Source of the DNA: a virus
DNA: 64,000 nucleotides
IMG/VR virus record: IMGVR_UViG_3300032323_000894
Location: 1-64,000 of that record
Direction: 5' to 3' (one strand)
In this document: piece after piece, positions 31,371 to 39,603 of the stretch
Position numbering within the stretch: the stretch's first letter is position 1
Layout: the number at the start of each line of letters is the position of its first letter
Notes under the pieces: generated by a model
Told to the model about the DNA's origin: nothing
Databases searched by the model: none
What the model saw: only the letters and a program-made list of their open reading frames with translations
Made by a program: the position numbers and the translations under genes

Positions 31371-31612
31371 TGGCTCTAGCTAAGTCTCAGAAGTCCCTTA
31401 AGAACTGGACTGACCAGAAGTGGAAAACCTCCGACGGTAAACCGTCTAAGGGTAAAAAACGCTATCTACCTGAGAAAGCTTGGGCTGAGTTATCGCCTGC
31501 AGAAAAGGCCGCTACTAATAAAGCTAAGGCCGCTGGAAATAAAAAAGGCAAACAGTTTGTAGCTCAACCTAAGAAGATTGCTGAAAAAGCAGCAAAGCAC
31601 AGGAAGTCATAA
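31370..31612 (+). CDS. Small basic protein, DUF5872-like C-terminal half
   Basis: SQKSL..WT.Q.W.T.DG......RYLP.KAW..LSP.E..ATN..K..G...GKQFV. Confidence 0.65.
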   Translation: MALAKSQKSLKNWTDQKWKTSDGKPSKGKKRYLPEKAWAELSPAEKAATNKAKAAGNKKGKQFVAQPKKIAEKAAKHRKS

Positions 31613-31893
31613 TGGCAGAAACTAAGAAGTTTGGCCCATACAAGGGGTCTAAGGCTAATGGTGGTAGGCCTATCTATGTCTATAAGACTAAGAACGCTAA
31701 AGGCGAATGGGTAACCACATCCAAGAATAAGGCTCGTGCAGACTACGAGGCTAAGAATGGTAAGTTGCCTAGAGACACAGATGTTGACCACAAGGACAAC
31801 AACAAAAAGAACGACTCTAAGAGTAATCTAAGAGCTCTAAAGCACGGTAAAAACACGGCTAAAGAGAACAAACGACGGGTAGGAAAGAAGTAA
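31612..31893 (+). CDS. Minimal HNH-motif basic protein
   Basis: DVDHKDNNKKNDSKSNLRAL.H..N is an HNH/HNN beta-beta-alpha metal motif. Confidence 0.65.
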   Translation: MAETKKFGPYKGSKANGGRPIYVYKTKNAKGEWVTTSKNKARADYEAKNGKLPRDTDVDHKDNNKKNDSKSNLRALKHGKNTAKENKRRVGKK

Positions 31894-32135
31894 TGGCTAA
31901 AAATCCTAAATTAGTAAGAGCAGCTGCAAAAACAAACGCAAAACAAGCAAAAATGGAAGTTTCTAATCCTTTACAGTACAACAACGTAGGCATGGGTAAA
32001 GCGCCCAAAGGCCAAACAAAAGCAGCCAAGCTTTTTATGAAGACTATGTCGTCAGATAAAAAAGGCTACGTAGCTAAGCAAGTAGACAAAGCAGTTACTA
32101 AAACTGCAAAGAAGATGAAAAAAGGCGGAAAGTAA
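31893..32135 (+). CDS. Small Lys/Ala-rich protein
   Basis: TAATG-coupled on both sides. Confidence 0.65.
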   Translation: MAKNPKLVRAAAKTNAKQAKMEVSNPLQYNNVGMGKAPKGQTKAAKLFMKTMSSDKKGYVAKQVDKAVTKTAKKMKKGGK

Positions 32136-32200
32136 TGTCAGATTGCGGTTGCGGCCACTGTGGCTGTGGAAAGAAGGAAGACAATGGCGGAGAAGCCTAA
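32135..32200 (+). CDS. 21-aa Cys-rich micro-peptide MSDCGCGHCGCGKKEDNGGEA (not in ORF track)
   Basis: Read directly: TAATG coupling at 32133-32137, TAA at 32198-32200. Confidence 0.5.
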   Translation: MSDCGCGHCGCGKKEDNGGEA

Positions 32201-32297
32201 GAAACCAATGAAACCAATCAAGAATCTTAAGCCAATTACGGCTCAAGTTAAAATGCCTAACATGGCTAAATACAACACCAAAGGAAAGAAGAAGTAA
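32184..32297 (+). CDS. 37-aa Lys/Pro-rich peptide MAEKPKKPMKPIKNLKPITAQVKMPNMAKYNTKGKKK (not in ORF track)
   Basis: AAGGAAG SD; stop abuts ATG 32298; composition like its neighbours. Confidence 0.6.
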   Translation: MAEKPKKPMKPIKNLKPITAQVKMPNMAKYNTKGKKK

Positions 32298-32516
32298 ATG
32301 GCAGGAAAACCAGCATTCCTAAAGGGTAAGTACACTGAGGAAAAAGACAAGAAAAAAGACGCAGCTATGACTAAGAACTTGACCCCAGAGCAGAAGAAGC
32401 GCTTTGAGAAGATGGACAAGGCTCATGGAGACAAGAAGAAGCCTAAGACCATGAAGGAAGACAAGAAGATGGATTCCAAGATTATTAAGAAAGTAACTAA
32501 AGGAAAGAAGAAGTAA
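32298..32516 (+). CDS. Small Lys/Asp-rich protein
   Basis: 72 aa, about one third Lys. Confidence 0.65.
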   Translation: MAGKPAFLKGKYTEEKDKKKDAAMTKNLTPEQKKRFEKMDKAHGDKKKPKTMKEDKKMDSKIIKKVTKGKKK

Positions 32517-32767
32517 TGCCACTAGCAGCTAAAGGCTCAAAAGCCTCTATGAACAAAAAAATGGGTGCAGACAAGACTTACAACCCAGCAAAAAGCAACG
32601 TAGCAAAGAACGCCAAGAAGACTCTTAGCACTGCAAAGGGCTATGGCAAGGCTGGTGGAGGAATCTCTACAGCTGCCTCTAAAGCTCTTGGTGAAAAGGG
32701 CCTAGAAAAGGGAATGCAGAAAGCCGAAAGCCGCATGAAAAAGGCAGCTATGGCGAAAAAGAAGTAA
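32516..32767 (+). CDS. Small Lys/Ala-rich protein
   Basis: TAATG-coupled; histone H1-like composition. Confidence 0.65.
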   Translation: MPLAAKGSKASMNKKMGADKTYNPAKSNVAKNAKKTLSTAKGYGKAGGGISTAASKALGEKGLEKGMQKAESRMKKAAMAKKK

Positions 32768-32793
32768 TCTCCCAACACAAACATTTATAGATT

Positions 32794-32821
32794 AACCCTG
32801 CGAATAGCAGGGTTTTTCTTT
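32794..32821 (+). terminator. Intrinsic terminator closing the basic-protein cluster
   Basis: AACCCTGC-GAATA-GCAGGGTT followed by TTTCTTT. Confidence 0.8.
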
Positions 32822-32898
32822 ACCCTAGAGGAGTAGGTATCCGTGCGGAGCCTACCTAGCTACTGCTAGACCTGCGTACCTCTGATTGGGGATTTGCC

Positions 32899-33087
32899 GT
32901 GCCTTCAAAAGACTGGAAGCCGTGGTGGGAAAAGACCTTTGACACACCACAGGAAAGAGACGAGTTCATCCGTGGACTGTCTGGGGCTACACCTAGCTCT
33001 AATAAGTCTTCAGGAATTCTACTGGCTTTAATAGCAGGCTACGTAGGCGGTAAAGCATCCCAATTCAAAGGTAAGAAGTGGCAGTAA
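32899..33087 (+). CDS. Small protein with C-terminal hydrophobic segment
   Basis: GILLALIAGYVGG; GTG start. Confidence 0.55.
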   Translation: MPSKDWKPWWEKTFDTPQERDEFIRGLSGATPSSNKSSGILLALIAGYVGGKASQFKGKKWQ

Positions 33088-33395
33088 CTACCCTAGTAAA
33101 GTTAGCTGAATTATCAGCAGATGACACCGCCAAGTTCATAACCGAGGACGTTAAAGAACTTGCTACTAAGCACGGCTGGGATGCTACATCCGTTAACGGT
33201 GTAGCCGTCAAATACTCTGACTCTGAATTCTCTTTTGACATCTCTCCTGAAACGGAGAACTCTGTCATGCGCCTAGAATACGGCACTGAAACAGTGGCCC
33301 CCACAGCAGTTTTTCGTAAGTACGGCTCTAATACCAAAGAGGCTGAAAAGGTATTCATCAAAGGCCTTGAAAAGAGAGTAGGGATTTCCCTATGA
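33078..33395 (+). CDS. Hypothetical neck/tail-completion region protein
   Basis: LEYGT motif as in HK97-gp10-like neck proteins; position. Confidence 0.5.
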   Translation: MAVTTLVKLAELSADDTAKFITEDVKELATKHGWDATSVNGVAVKYSDSEFSFDISPETENSVMRLEYGTETVAPTAVFRKYGSNTKEAEKVFIKGLEKRVGISL

Positions 33396-34054
33396 CTTTT
33401 TTACTTTCTGAAGACAAGGCTCTACGGGAGCTTATCCAGGGTGTTGAAGTTAGCGACCAAAAAGCAGACAACTCCTTGGCTCCGCGTCAGGTAGGCGTGT
33501 GGTTTGGACAGCCTGACCAAGAGTTGCGAAACCAGAACTACCCTTACGTAACTATTCAGATGATTGACGTTGCTAGAGACACCACTAGAGAAATGCGCGG
33601 TAAAACAAGCGCAGAGTACCTACGAAACGACACTGTCGGTGAAAATGACGAGTTTATTACTGATAGGCCGATTCCTGTAAATATTGACTATCAGATAACC
33701 ACCTACTCTCGCCACCCTAGGCATGACAGAGAGCTTTTGGCAAAAATACTGTATGACAGATTGCCATTTAGATTTGGTACGTTGAACTGCGACGACAATA
33801 CTGTTCGTCGTTTAGACGTGCTAGACGTCACAAAACGTGATGTTACCGAGCAAGCAAAGCGCCTGTTCGTCAATGTATTCACTGTACGTGTTTCTAGCGA
33901 AATACTGCAGAGTGTACTGACAAAACTATACCCAGTATCAGAAGTGCACATTGATTCTCCAACGGAAGAAAATTCCAATGGTGGACCAAGAAATCCCCAG
34001 TATGTGGGGATAGGCAGTGTAATTATCTCGGAACAAGTCGGAACCCCTTCTTAA
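33392..34054 (+). CDS. Putative tail terminator/completion protein
   Basis: YPYVTI..D...D..R and P.PVNIDYQITTYSR; immediately before the sheath. Confidence 0.6.
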   Translation: MTFLLSEDKALRELIQGVEVSDQKADNSLAPRQVGVWFGQPDQELRNQNYPYVTIQMIDVARDTTREMRGKTSAEYLRNDTVGENDEFITDRPIPVNIDYQITTYSRHPRHDRELLAKILYDRLPFRFGTLNCDDNTVRRLDVLDVTKRDVTEQAKRLFVNVFTVRVSSEILQSVLTKLYPVSEVHIDSPTEENSNGGPRNPQYVGIGSVIISEQVGTPS

Positions 34055-34081
34055 TAACCCCCCTAGTTAGGAGAAACAAAA

Positions 34082-35611
34082 ATGGCTACTTATGGTCGTC
34101 CAGGCGTTTACATTAGTGAGCGTCTTCTCCCTGCGCCTATCACCGTTCTAGGTACCGCAAATGCTGCTGGTGCTGTAATTGGTGAGTTTGCTCAGGGACC
34201 AGAAACCGTGACTTTGGTCACATCTTGGTACGATTTTGTAAAGCAGTTTGGTGGCTACAACGCAGCCTACCCAGCTACTTACGGAATTGGACTATTCTTT
34301 AAAAACGGTGGAAGCGAGCTGTATGTTAAGCGCGTTCTATCCGATGATGCCGAAGCCGCTTCTATTACAGTGCCTTCAAGCGTAGAAGAAGCTGACGATG
34401 TAGCAGTAATTACTGCTAAAAACAGAGGTGAAGACGGCAACAGCATCAACGTAACTTTTAGCCCAGCTAATATTGATGGTCTTTGGAACCTTCTTGTTTC
34501 CAAGGAAACTGTAGCTGGTACAGCCGCAGACACTACCAACGACGTTGTTCTAGAAAGCTACATTAACTTAGAGCTTAATGACTCACTTTCTAGTGACTTT
34601 ATTGAGAACGTAGTAAATCAGTCCTCTAAGTACATTTCTGTAGTAGTTTCCGAAGACAACAACGCTCTGCCAGTTGTTACCACTCTACCGCTAACTGGTG
34701 GAGACAACGGTTCCGCTCCAAATGGAGACGATTACATTCAGGTCGTAGAAGAGTTCAGCACTGCTAACAGGCCTCTAGTGCTATTCTCCCCAGAAATTAA
34801 CACTAACGTCAGACTTGCTAACCCTGTAGAAGACGAGCCAAACGTAGGTTCGATTTACGATGCTTGGATTTCATGGGCGCAGAATAACGATGGATTTGTA
34901 ATCCTCGATACTGAGCCTGACACCAGTGTTAATGATGCCGTAAGCCTAGCCTCTGTTAGACAAAGCTCAACAAACGCGGCCATGTATTATCCAAATATCT
35001 TGATTACTGACCCGCTAGGTAGAAGCCCGTCTTCTCTCCGTAAGGTTGGTCCAGCTGGTGCAGTTGCAGGCCTATACCTGCGCACTGACAAGCAGATTGG
35101 TCCTTTTAAGTCACCTGCTGGAGTAACCGCGGCAGTTAGTGGCGCTGTTGCGATTGAGGCAGCCTTCACTACACAAGAGCTAGACGTTCTAAACTCTAGT
35201 GCAAGCCCTATTAACGCTATCCGTGCCCTACCAGGTGCGGGAGTAGTCGTTATGGGTGCTCGTACACTAAAGAATGATGGAACTGCAAATAAGTATGTAA
35301 ATACTCGCCGTTCCCTAATCTTTATCAAGAAGAGCTTGACTGATTTGACTGAGTTTGCCCTATTTGAGAACAATGACGAAAAGCTATGGGCGAGACTTCG
35401 CTCCGCAATCTCGGTGTTCTTGGGTGGCTACCAGAACCAAGGTGGTCTAAGAGGAGCAACTCCTGCAGAAGCTTTCTACGTAAAGTGTGACGCAGAAAAC
35501 AACCCAGACGAAAGCATTGCAAGTGGTGAAGTTAACATTGAAGTTGGTGTTGCACTTCAGTACCCAGCAGAGTTTGTCGTAATCAACCTAAGTCAAAAGA
35601 CGTCTGAGTAA
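34082..35611 (+). CDS. Contractile tail sheath protein
   Basis: RPGVYISE, G.F..GP, FF.NGG..LYV.RV, GARTL, YVN.RR, AFYVKCD.ENN, PAEFVVI. Confidence 0.95.
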   Translation: MATYGRPGVYISERLLPAPITVLGTANAAGAVIGEFAQGPETVTLVTSWYDFVKQFGGYNAAYPATYGIGLFFKNGGSELYVKRVLSDDAEAASITVPSSVEEADDVAVITAKNRGEDGNSINVTFSPANIDGLWNLLVSKETVAGTAADTTNDVVLESYINLELNDSLSSDFIENVVNQSSKYISVVVSEDNNALPVVTTLPLTGGDNGSAPNGDDYIQVVEEFSTANRPLVLFSPEINTNVRLANPVEDEPNVGSIYDAWISWAQNNDGFVILDTEPDTSVNDAVSLASVRQSSTNAAMYYPNILITDPLGRSPSSLRKVGPAGAVAGLYLRTDKQIGPFKSPAGVTAAVSGAVAIEAAFTTQELDVLNSSASPINAIRALPGAGVVVMGARTLKNDGTANKYVNTRRSLIFIKKSLTDLTEFALFENNDEKLWARLRSAISVFLGGYQNQGGLRGATPAEAFYVKCDAENNPDESIASGEVNIEVGVALQYPAEFVVINLSQKTSE

Positions 35612-35630
35612 TCTAAGGAGATACTAAACA

Positions 35631-36245
35631 ATGGCTACTATTATCAACAATAGGTCAGTACTAGAGACTGACCCAATCAGAAATTTTAGATTTCTGGTTA
35701 CATTCAAGCCACATGACACCGCAGGGTCTGCTTCTTGGTACGACTCAAAGGTCACTCTTGGCTTTACCTCTGTTTCGGGACTGTCAGTAACTACTGACTC
35801 TATCCCTTACCGTGAGGGTGGCTACAACACCACAGTCCACCAGATTCCTGGCCAGACTACATTTGCACCAATTACCCTACAGCGCGGAGTTATTCTTAAC
35901 ACCAAGCAGAACTGGCAGTGGATGAGAACCTTGTTCGCTACCGTTCAGGGTGGTGCAGCAAACGTTCAGGGAAAGTCCTTCCGTGCTGACCTAGAGATTG
36001 AGGTACTAAGCCACCCAATTCCTGGTTCCGCTGGTGGAACTACCGCAGGAACTGGCGGTGTAGCTAAGGATGACCACGTGTCTATGAGGTTTAACGTGTA
36101 CAACTGCTGGATTACTTCAGTATCGTACTCTGACCTAAACGCAGGTGACAACGCAATCTTTGTTGAGCAGGCAACTCTTGTTCACGAAGGTTTTGATGTT
36201 AACTGGGCACCAAACCTAACCGATAGTGCTCCAAAATTTAACTAA
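35631..36245 (+). CDS. Tail tube protein (T4 gp19-like)
   Basis: DPIRNFRF, GF.SVSGL, YREGG, ITLQRG, DLNAG.N.I.VE...L.HEG. Confidence 0.92.
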   Translation: MATIINNRSVLETDPIRNFRFLVTFKPHDTAGSASWYDSKVTLGFTSVSGLSVTTDSIPYREGGYNTTVHQIPGQTTFAPITLQRGVILNTKQNWQWMRTLFATVQGGAANVQGKSFRADLEIEVLSHPIPGSAGGTTAGTGGVAKDDHVSMRFNVYNCWITSVSYSDLNAGDNAIFVEQATLVHEGFDVNWAPNLTDSAPKFN

Positions 36246-36259
36246 TAAAAGGAATAAAT

Positions 36260-37075
36260 ATGGAAAACCAAACGATTAACGCAGCAACTAACCCTGGCCT
36301 AGCAAACAAACTTGCGGCCGAGGCTGTTTCTCAAAAAACCGAAGCACCAGAACCAGCAAAAATTAAACTTCCTGTAGATGTTCTTGTAGACCTTCCTGGA
36401 GGGTACATGTCTCCCTCTGGGGAGGTTTACAGAACCGCTGAAGTTAGGGAACTAACAGGAAAAGACGAAGAAGTTATTGTCAAGGCGGCTAATATGCCTA
36501 AAGCTTTGGCACTAGCTCTATCTAGAGGAACTGTAAAAATTGGGGATGTTGAAGCTACTGAAGAAGTCTTAGACAAGATTTTGGCAGCAGACCGAGACGC
36601 AATTATGCTTGGAATATACCGAGCAACTTTCGGTGACACCGCTGAATTTGGGGCTTATTGCATGGGGTGTAAAGACTCTAAAACTGCGGAGATTAATCTT
36701 CTAGAAGACATAAAGGTAAAGGTTTTACTAGACCCTCTAGAAGACAGGGCTTTTAAGGTTCAAGGAAAGTCTAAAGAGTATCTTGTACGACTTCCTGAAG
36801 GAAAAGCTCAACGAGAACTAGCTAATAACTTAGACAAAACGTCCTCTGAATTAGATTCAGTTCTTTTGGACTACTGTTTGGTGGAAATAGACGGCAAACA
36901 AGTATTTGGTAAAAATCAAGTACAAGCTATTGGCTTAGCTGATAGACGTCTTATTTTAAGTGAAATTATCAACAGAAACCCTGGACCACAATTTAACGAT
37001 GTCAAAATTACCTGCCCTGATTGTGGCGGAGAGGTGGTAGTTCCGATTAGTCTCGGGACTCTATTTCAGTTCTAA
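36260..37075 (+). CDS. Tail/baseplate assembly chaperone (T4 gp26-like, two CxxC)
   Basis: VRELTG.DEE, DR..I...I...T.G, CMGC and CPDC; between tube and tape measure. Confidence 0.78.
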   Translation: MENQTINAATNPGLANKLAAEAVSQKTEAPEPAKIKLPVDVLVDLPGGYMSPSGEVYRTAEVRELTGKDEEVIVKAANMPKALALALSRGTVKIGDVEATEEVLDKILAADRDAIMLGIYRATFGDTAEFGAYCMGCKDSKTAEINLLEDIKVKVLLDPLEDRAFKVQGKSKEYLVRLPEGKAQRELANNLDKTSSELDSVLLDYCLVEIDGKQVFGKNQVQAIGLADRRLILSEIINRNPGPQFNDVKITCPDCGGEVVVPISLGTLFQF

Positions 37076-37088
37076 TTTAGCATCATAT

Positions 37089-37229
37089 ATGCAGTTGATG
37101 AGTCAGTGGACAGCATTAACTGTTAGTTACACGGGTTGGTCTTTAGAAGAAATTCGAAGACTTACTCCAAGAGAAAGAAAGAATTGGCTAGAAATAGCCA
37201 GAGAATACGGATTGGTGGTGAAGAAGTAA
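37089..37229 (+). CDS. Second chaperone segment (46 aa), probably expressed by +1 frameshift (not in ORF track)
   Basis: MQLMSQWTALTVSYTGWSLEEIRRLTPRERKNWLEIAREYGLVVKK; GWS..EI..L..RER..W is typical of the chaperone extension upstream of tape measure genes. Confidence 0.7.
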   Translation: MQLMSQWTALTVSYTGWSLEEIRRLTPRERKNWLEIAREYGLVVKK

Positions 37230-37230
37230 T

Positions 37231-39603
37231 ATGGCTAATAGTTTAACCGTGTTAATGCAAGACGTCAAAAAACTTCTTGGCCTACTTAACCAAGTAGATG
37301 GATTCGTTAAAGGCGGAGGAGTAACTGGCGGCGGTAACATGCTGTCAGGGTCTTTGGCGGGTATCTCTACTGTTGCTTCTGGCGCGGGTTCTCGCATTCA
37401 AACTGCTGGTAGCCTAATTGGCATCGGTACAACAGCCGCAGCAGGATTTGCTGGCGGCGTGTCCTCAATGATGCCTGACGTAGCGCTGACTATTGGCCGT
37501 CAGGCTGCCCTTTACGGCGCTGGGGTATCCAGCGGTGGGCTAATGGGCACCGCCATGCTAGACCGTAATACGCGGCTAGGTCTAGGTCAATTCCAAACTA
37601 GTGCAGGGGCTTCTTCAAGAGTCGCAGCTATGCTTACTGGGCGAGGTATGGCTCCAACTAGTGCTGCGTTTACGCGGACGGTTGCTTCTACAGCTAATGC
37701 TGCCAAGTACTTAAACATGCCAAACGAAGTTGCCGCTTCCGCTTTTGAGGGGCTAACTTCTGGTGCTACATCTTCCATGATGATGAGAAATTACGGAATT
37801 TACACTGGAAATCCCGTAACTGGACAAGCTCTGGGTCAAAAAGAAATTTTTGAACAGCTCTATCAAAGATTTCTTGGCGGTAGAAGTACCAACGTAGAAA
37901 GAACCATGGAGTCCTTGCGTAGAGGAAACCTTGGGGCAAATATCCGTGCTTCGGGACTTGACGAGGCACAACAAGGATTGCTTTCTCAGTATTTTATTGA
38001 CCGTGCTCGTGGCATCAACGTAGACTACTCTGACGATAAGTCAGTTCAAGCAGCAGTGGACCGTAATAAGGCCGAGGGCATCGTAAACCCAATGCTTGAC
38101 CCAATGAAGCTTAGCTCTAGACAAGACGAGCTTATGAGCCTTGCTACTGAGCCGTATCTACAAGGACTTAAAACTTCTACAGATTTGCTAATGCAACTTA
38201 GTGATGTAGTAGAGGACCAGTTAATCCCAAGTTTTGGTGCTCTCAAGTCAACCCTTGACAATTTTATGGGTAATAACATGGGTGCAGGAGCAGTTACTGC
38301 TGGTGCCGCATTACTAGGTGGGGGACTTGCTGGAGCTGGGGTACTGGCGGGTGCTGGAGTTGGTCCTAGAGGTGGAAAAAGCCCAAAGTCTAGTGGTAAA
38401 GGTAACTTTAAAGGCGGTATGGGAATCCGAGCTGGTGGCCCTCTAGGAGCCGCGGCTATGCTGGGCGGTCAGGCCATGGGTGGACTAGGTGGCGACCTGC
38501 TTTCTGGTGCTGGAACAGGCGCTATGTTTGGTTCTTTTGCTGGTCCAAAAGGAATGCTAATTGGTGCCGCTATTGGTGCGTTAATTAGCGGTGGAGCCAG
38601 TATTCTAAGCGGCAGCCTTGCTCCTAAGGCTCCAGGTAAGGGTGGTGGCGGAAACATTGACCCAGGACCTCAGGGGAATAGTTGGACGGGTGCGTATGGG
38701 GAGCGACGCCCATATGGAATCCACGACGGTGTAGACATTGCGATGGCTGTTGGAACTCCACTAAAAGCCGTAATGGACGGAGTTGTTTCCTATGCAGGTA
38801 GCGGAAGCGGCAGCCGCTCAAGAGGACTTTACATAACAATTGAGCATGAGAATGGGTACAGAACGCTGTACGCCCATTTAAGTAAGTTTTTTGTTAAAAA
38901 AGGTGATGCTGTTTCTAAAGGACAACTAGTAGCACTCAGTGGTAATAGTGGTTTTTCAACTGGTCCTCACTTGCACTTTAGCTTATACAAAAATGGAACC
39001 CACATTAATCCAGGTCAGTTTGTAAATGACGGGCTCTACGGTGGGGCAGGAGTGTCTGTACCTCAAGGTGGATACACAGCATCAACTGGTGAGCAAAACA
39101 TCAACAGCGGAATGACCGCAGGAATTTCTACCTCAAATTTTGCGTCTGTAATTAACCAATTTATGTCTGGCGGCTCTTCAGGTATCTCATTGGGCTCAAG
39201 CGCCATGTCTATTCTTGGTTCTGTACTGGGCGGAGCAAGCGGCTCATTTGGAAGCATTGCGTCAAACTCATCTGGTGTAAATCTTCCAGAACCTATTGGC
39301 AATACCTCTTCAGGAATGATGGGGACAGACTTAAACGCGCTTTTGAACTCTGGAGAATCTTCTGGGGTTGGAGGCGGGTATGAGCCACAGGGATTATCTG
39401 AAGGAACCAATCTTTCTAGCGCCATTTCACGCTCAAACTCTGGGTCAATATCTTCCAATGGTCGTTCAGGAGTGTACAAGCCCCAAGTAACGATAAACGT
39501 AAACATAGCTCGTGCGTCAGAAAGTGAAGCTAAGCGATTTGCCAAGATGGTTAAAGACGAACTAGAAGAAGACAGAATGTTAGACAGAATTGGTGGTAAG
39601 TAA
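37231..39603 (+). CDS. Tape measure protein with M23 peptidase domain
   Basis: Gly/Ala-rich helical protein; HDGVD (HxxxD) and STGPHLHF (HxH) zinc motifs. Confidence 0.85.
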   Translation: MANSLTVLMQDVKKLLGLLNQVDGFVKGGGVTGGGNMLSGSLAGISTVASGAGSRIQTAGSLIGIGTTAAAGFAGGVSSMMPDVALTIGRQAALYGAGVSSGGLMGTAMLDRNTRLGLGQFQTSAGASSRVAAMLTGRGMAPTSAAFTRTVASTANAAKYLNMPNEVAASAFEGLTSGATSSMMMRNYGIYTGNPVTGQALGQKEIFEQLYQRFLGGRSTNVERTMESLRRGNLGANIRASGLDEAQQGLLSQYFIDRARGINVDYSDDKSVQAAVDRNKAEGIVNPMLDPMKLSSRQDELMSLATEPYLQGLKTSTDLLMQLSDVVEDQLIPSFGALKSTLDNFMGNNMGAGAVTAGAALLGGGLAGAGVLAGAGVGPRGGKSPKSSGKGNFKGGMGIRAGGPLGAAAMLGGQAMGGLGGDLLSGAGTGAMFGSFAGPKGMLIGAAIGALISGGASILSGSLAPKAPGKGGGGNIDPGPQGNSWTGAYGERRPYGIHDGVDIAMAVGTPLKAVMDGVVSYAGSGSGSRSRGLYITIEHENGYRTLYAHLSKFFVKKGDAVSKGQLVALSGNSGFSTGPHLHFSLYKNGTHINPGQFVNDGLYGGAGVSVPQGGYTASTGEQNINSGMTAGISTSNFASVINQFMSGGSSGISLGSSAMSILGSVLGGASGSFGSIASNSSGVNLPEPIGNTSSGMMGTDLNALLNSGESSGVGGGYEPQGLSEGTNLSSAISRSNSGSISSNGRSGVYKPQVTINVNIARASESEAKRFAKMVKDELEEDRMLDRIGGK

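Noticed and set aside
31612-31893. Mobile homing endonuclease
   Set aside because: Only a minimal HNH motif without an extra DNA-binding domain, and tightly coupled within the basic-protein operon; mobility is unsupported.
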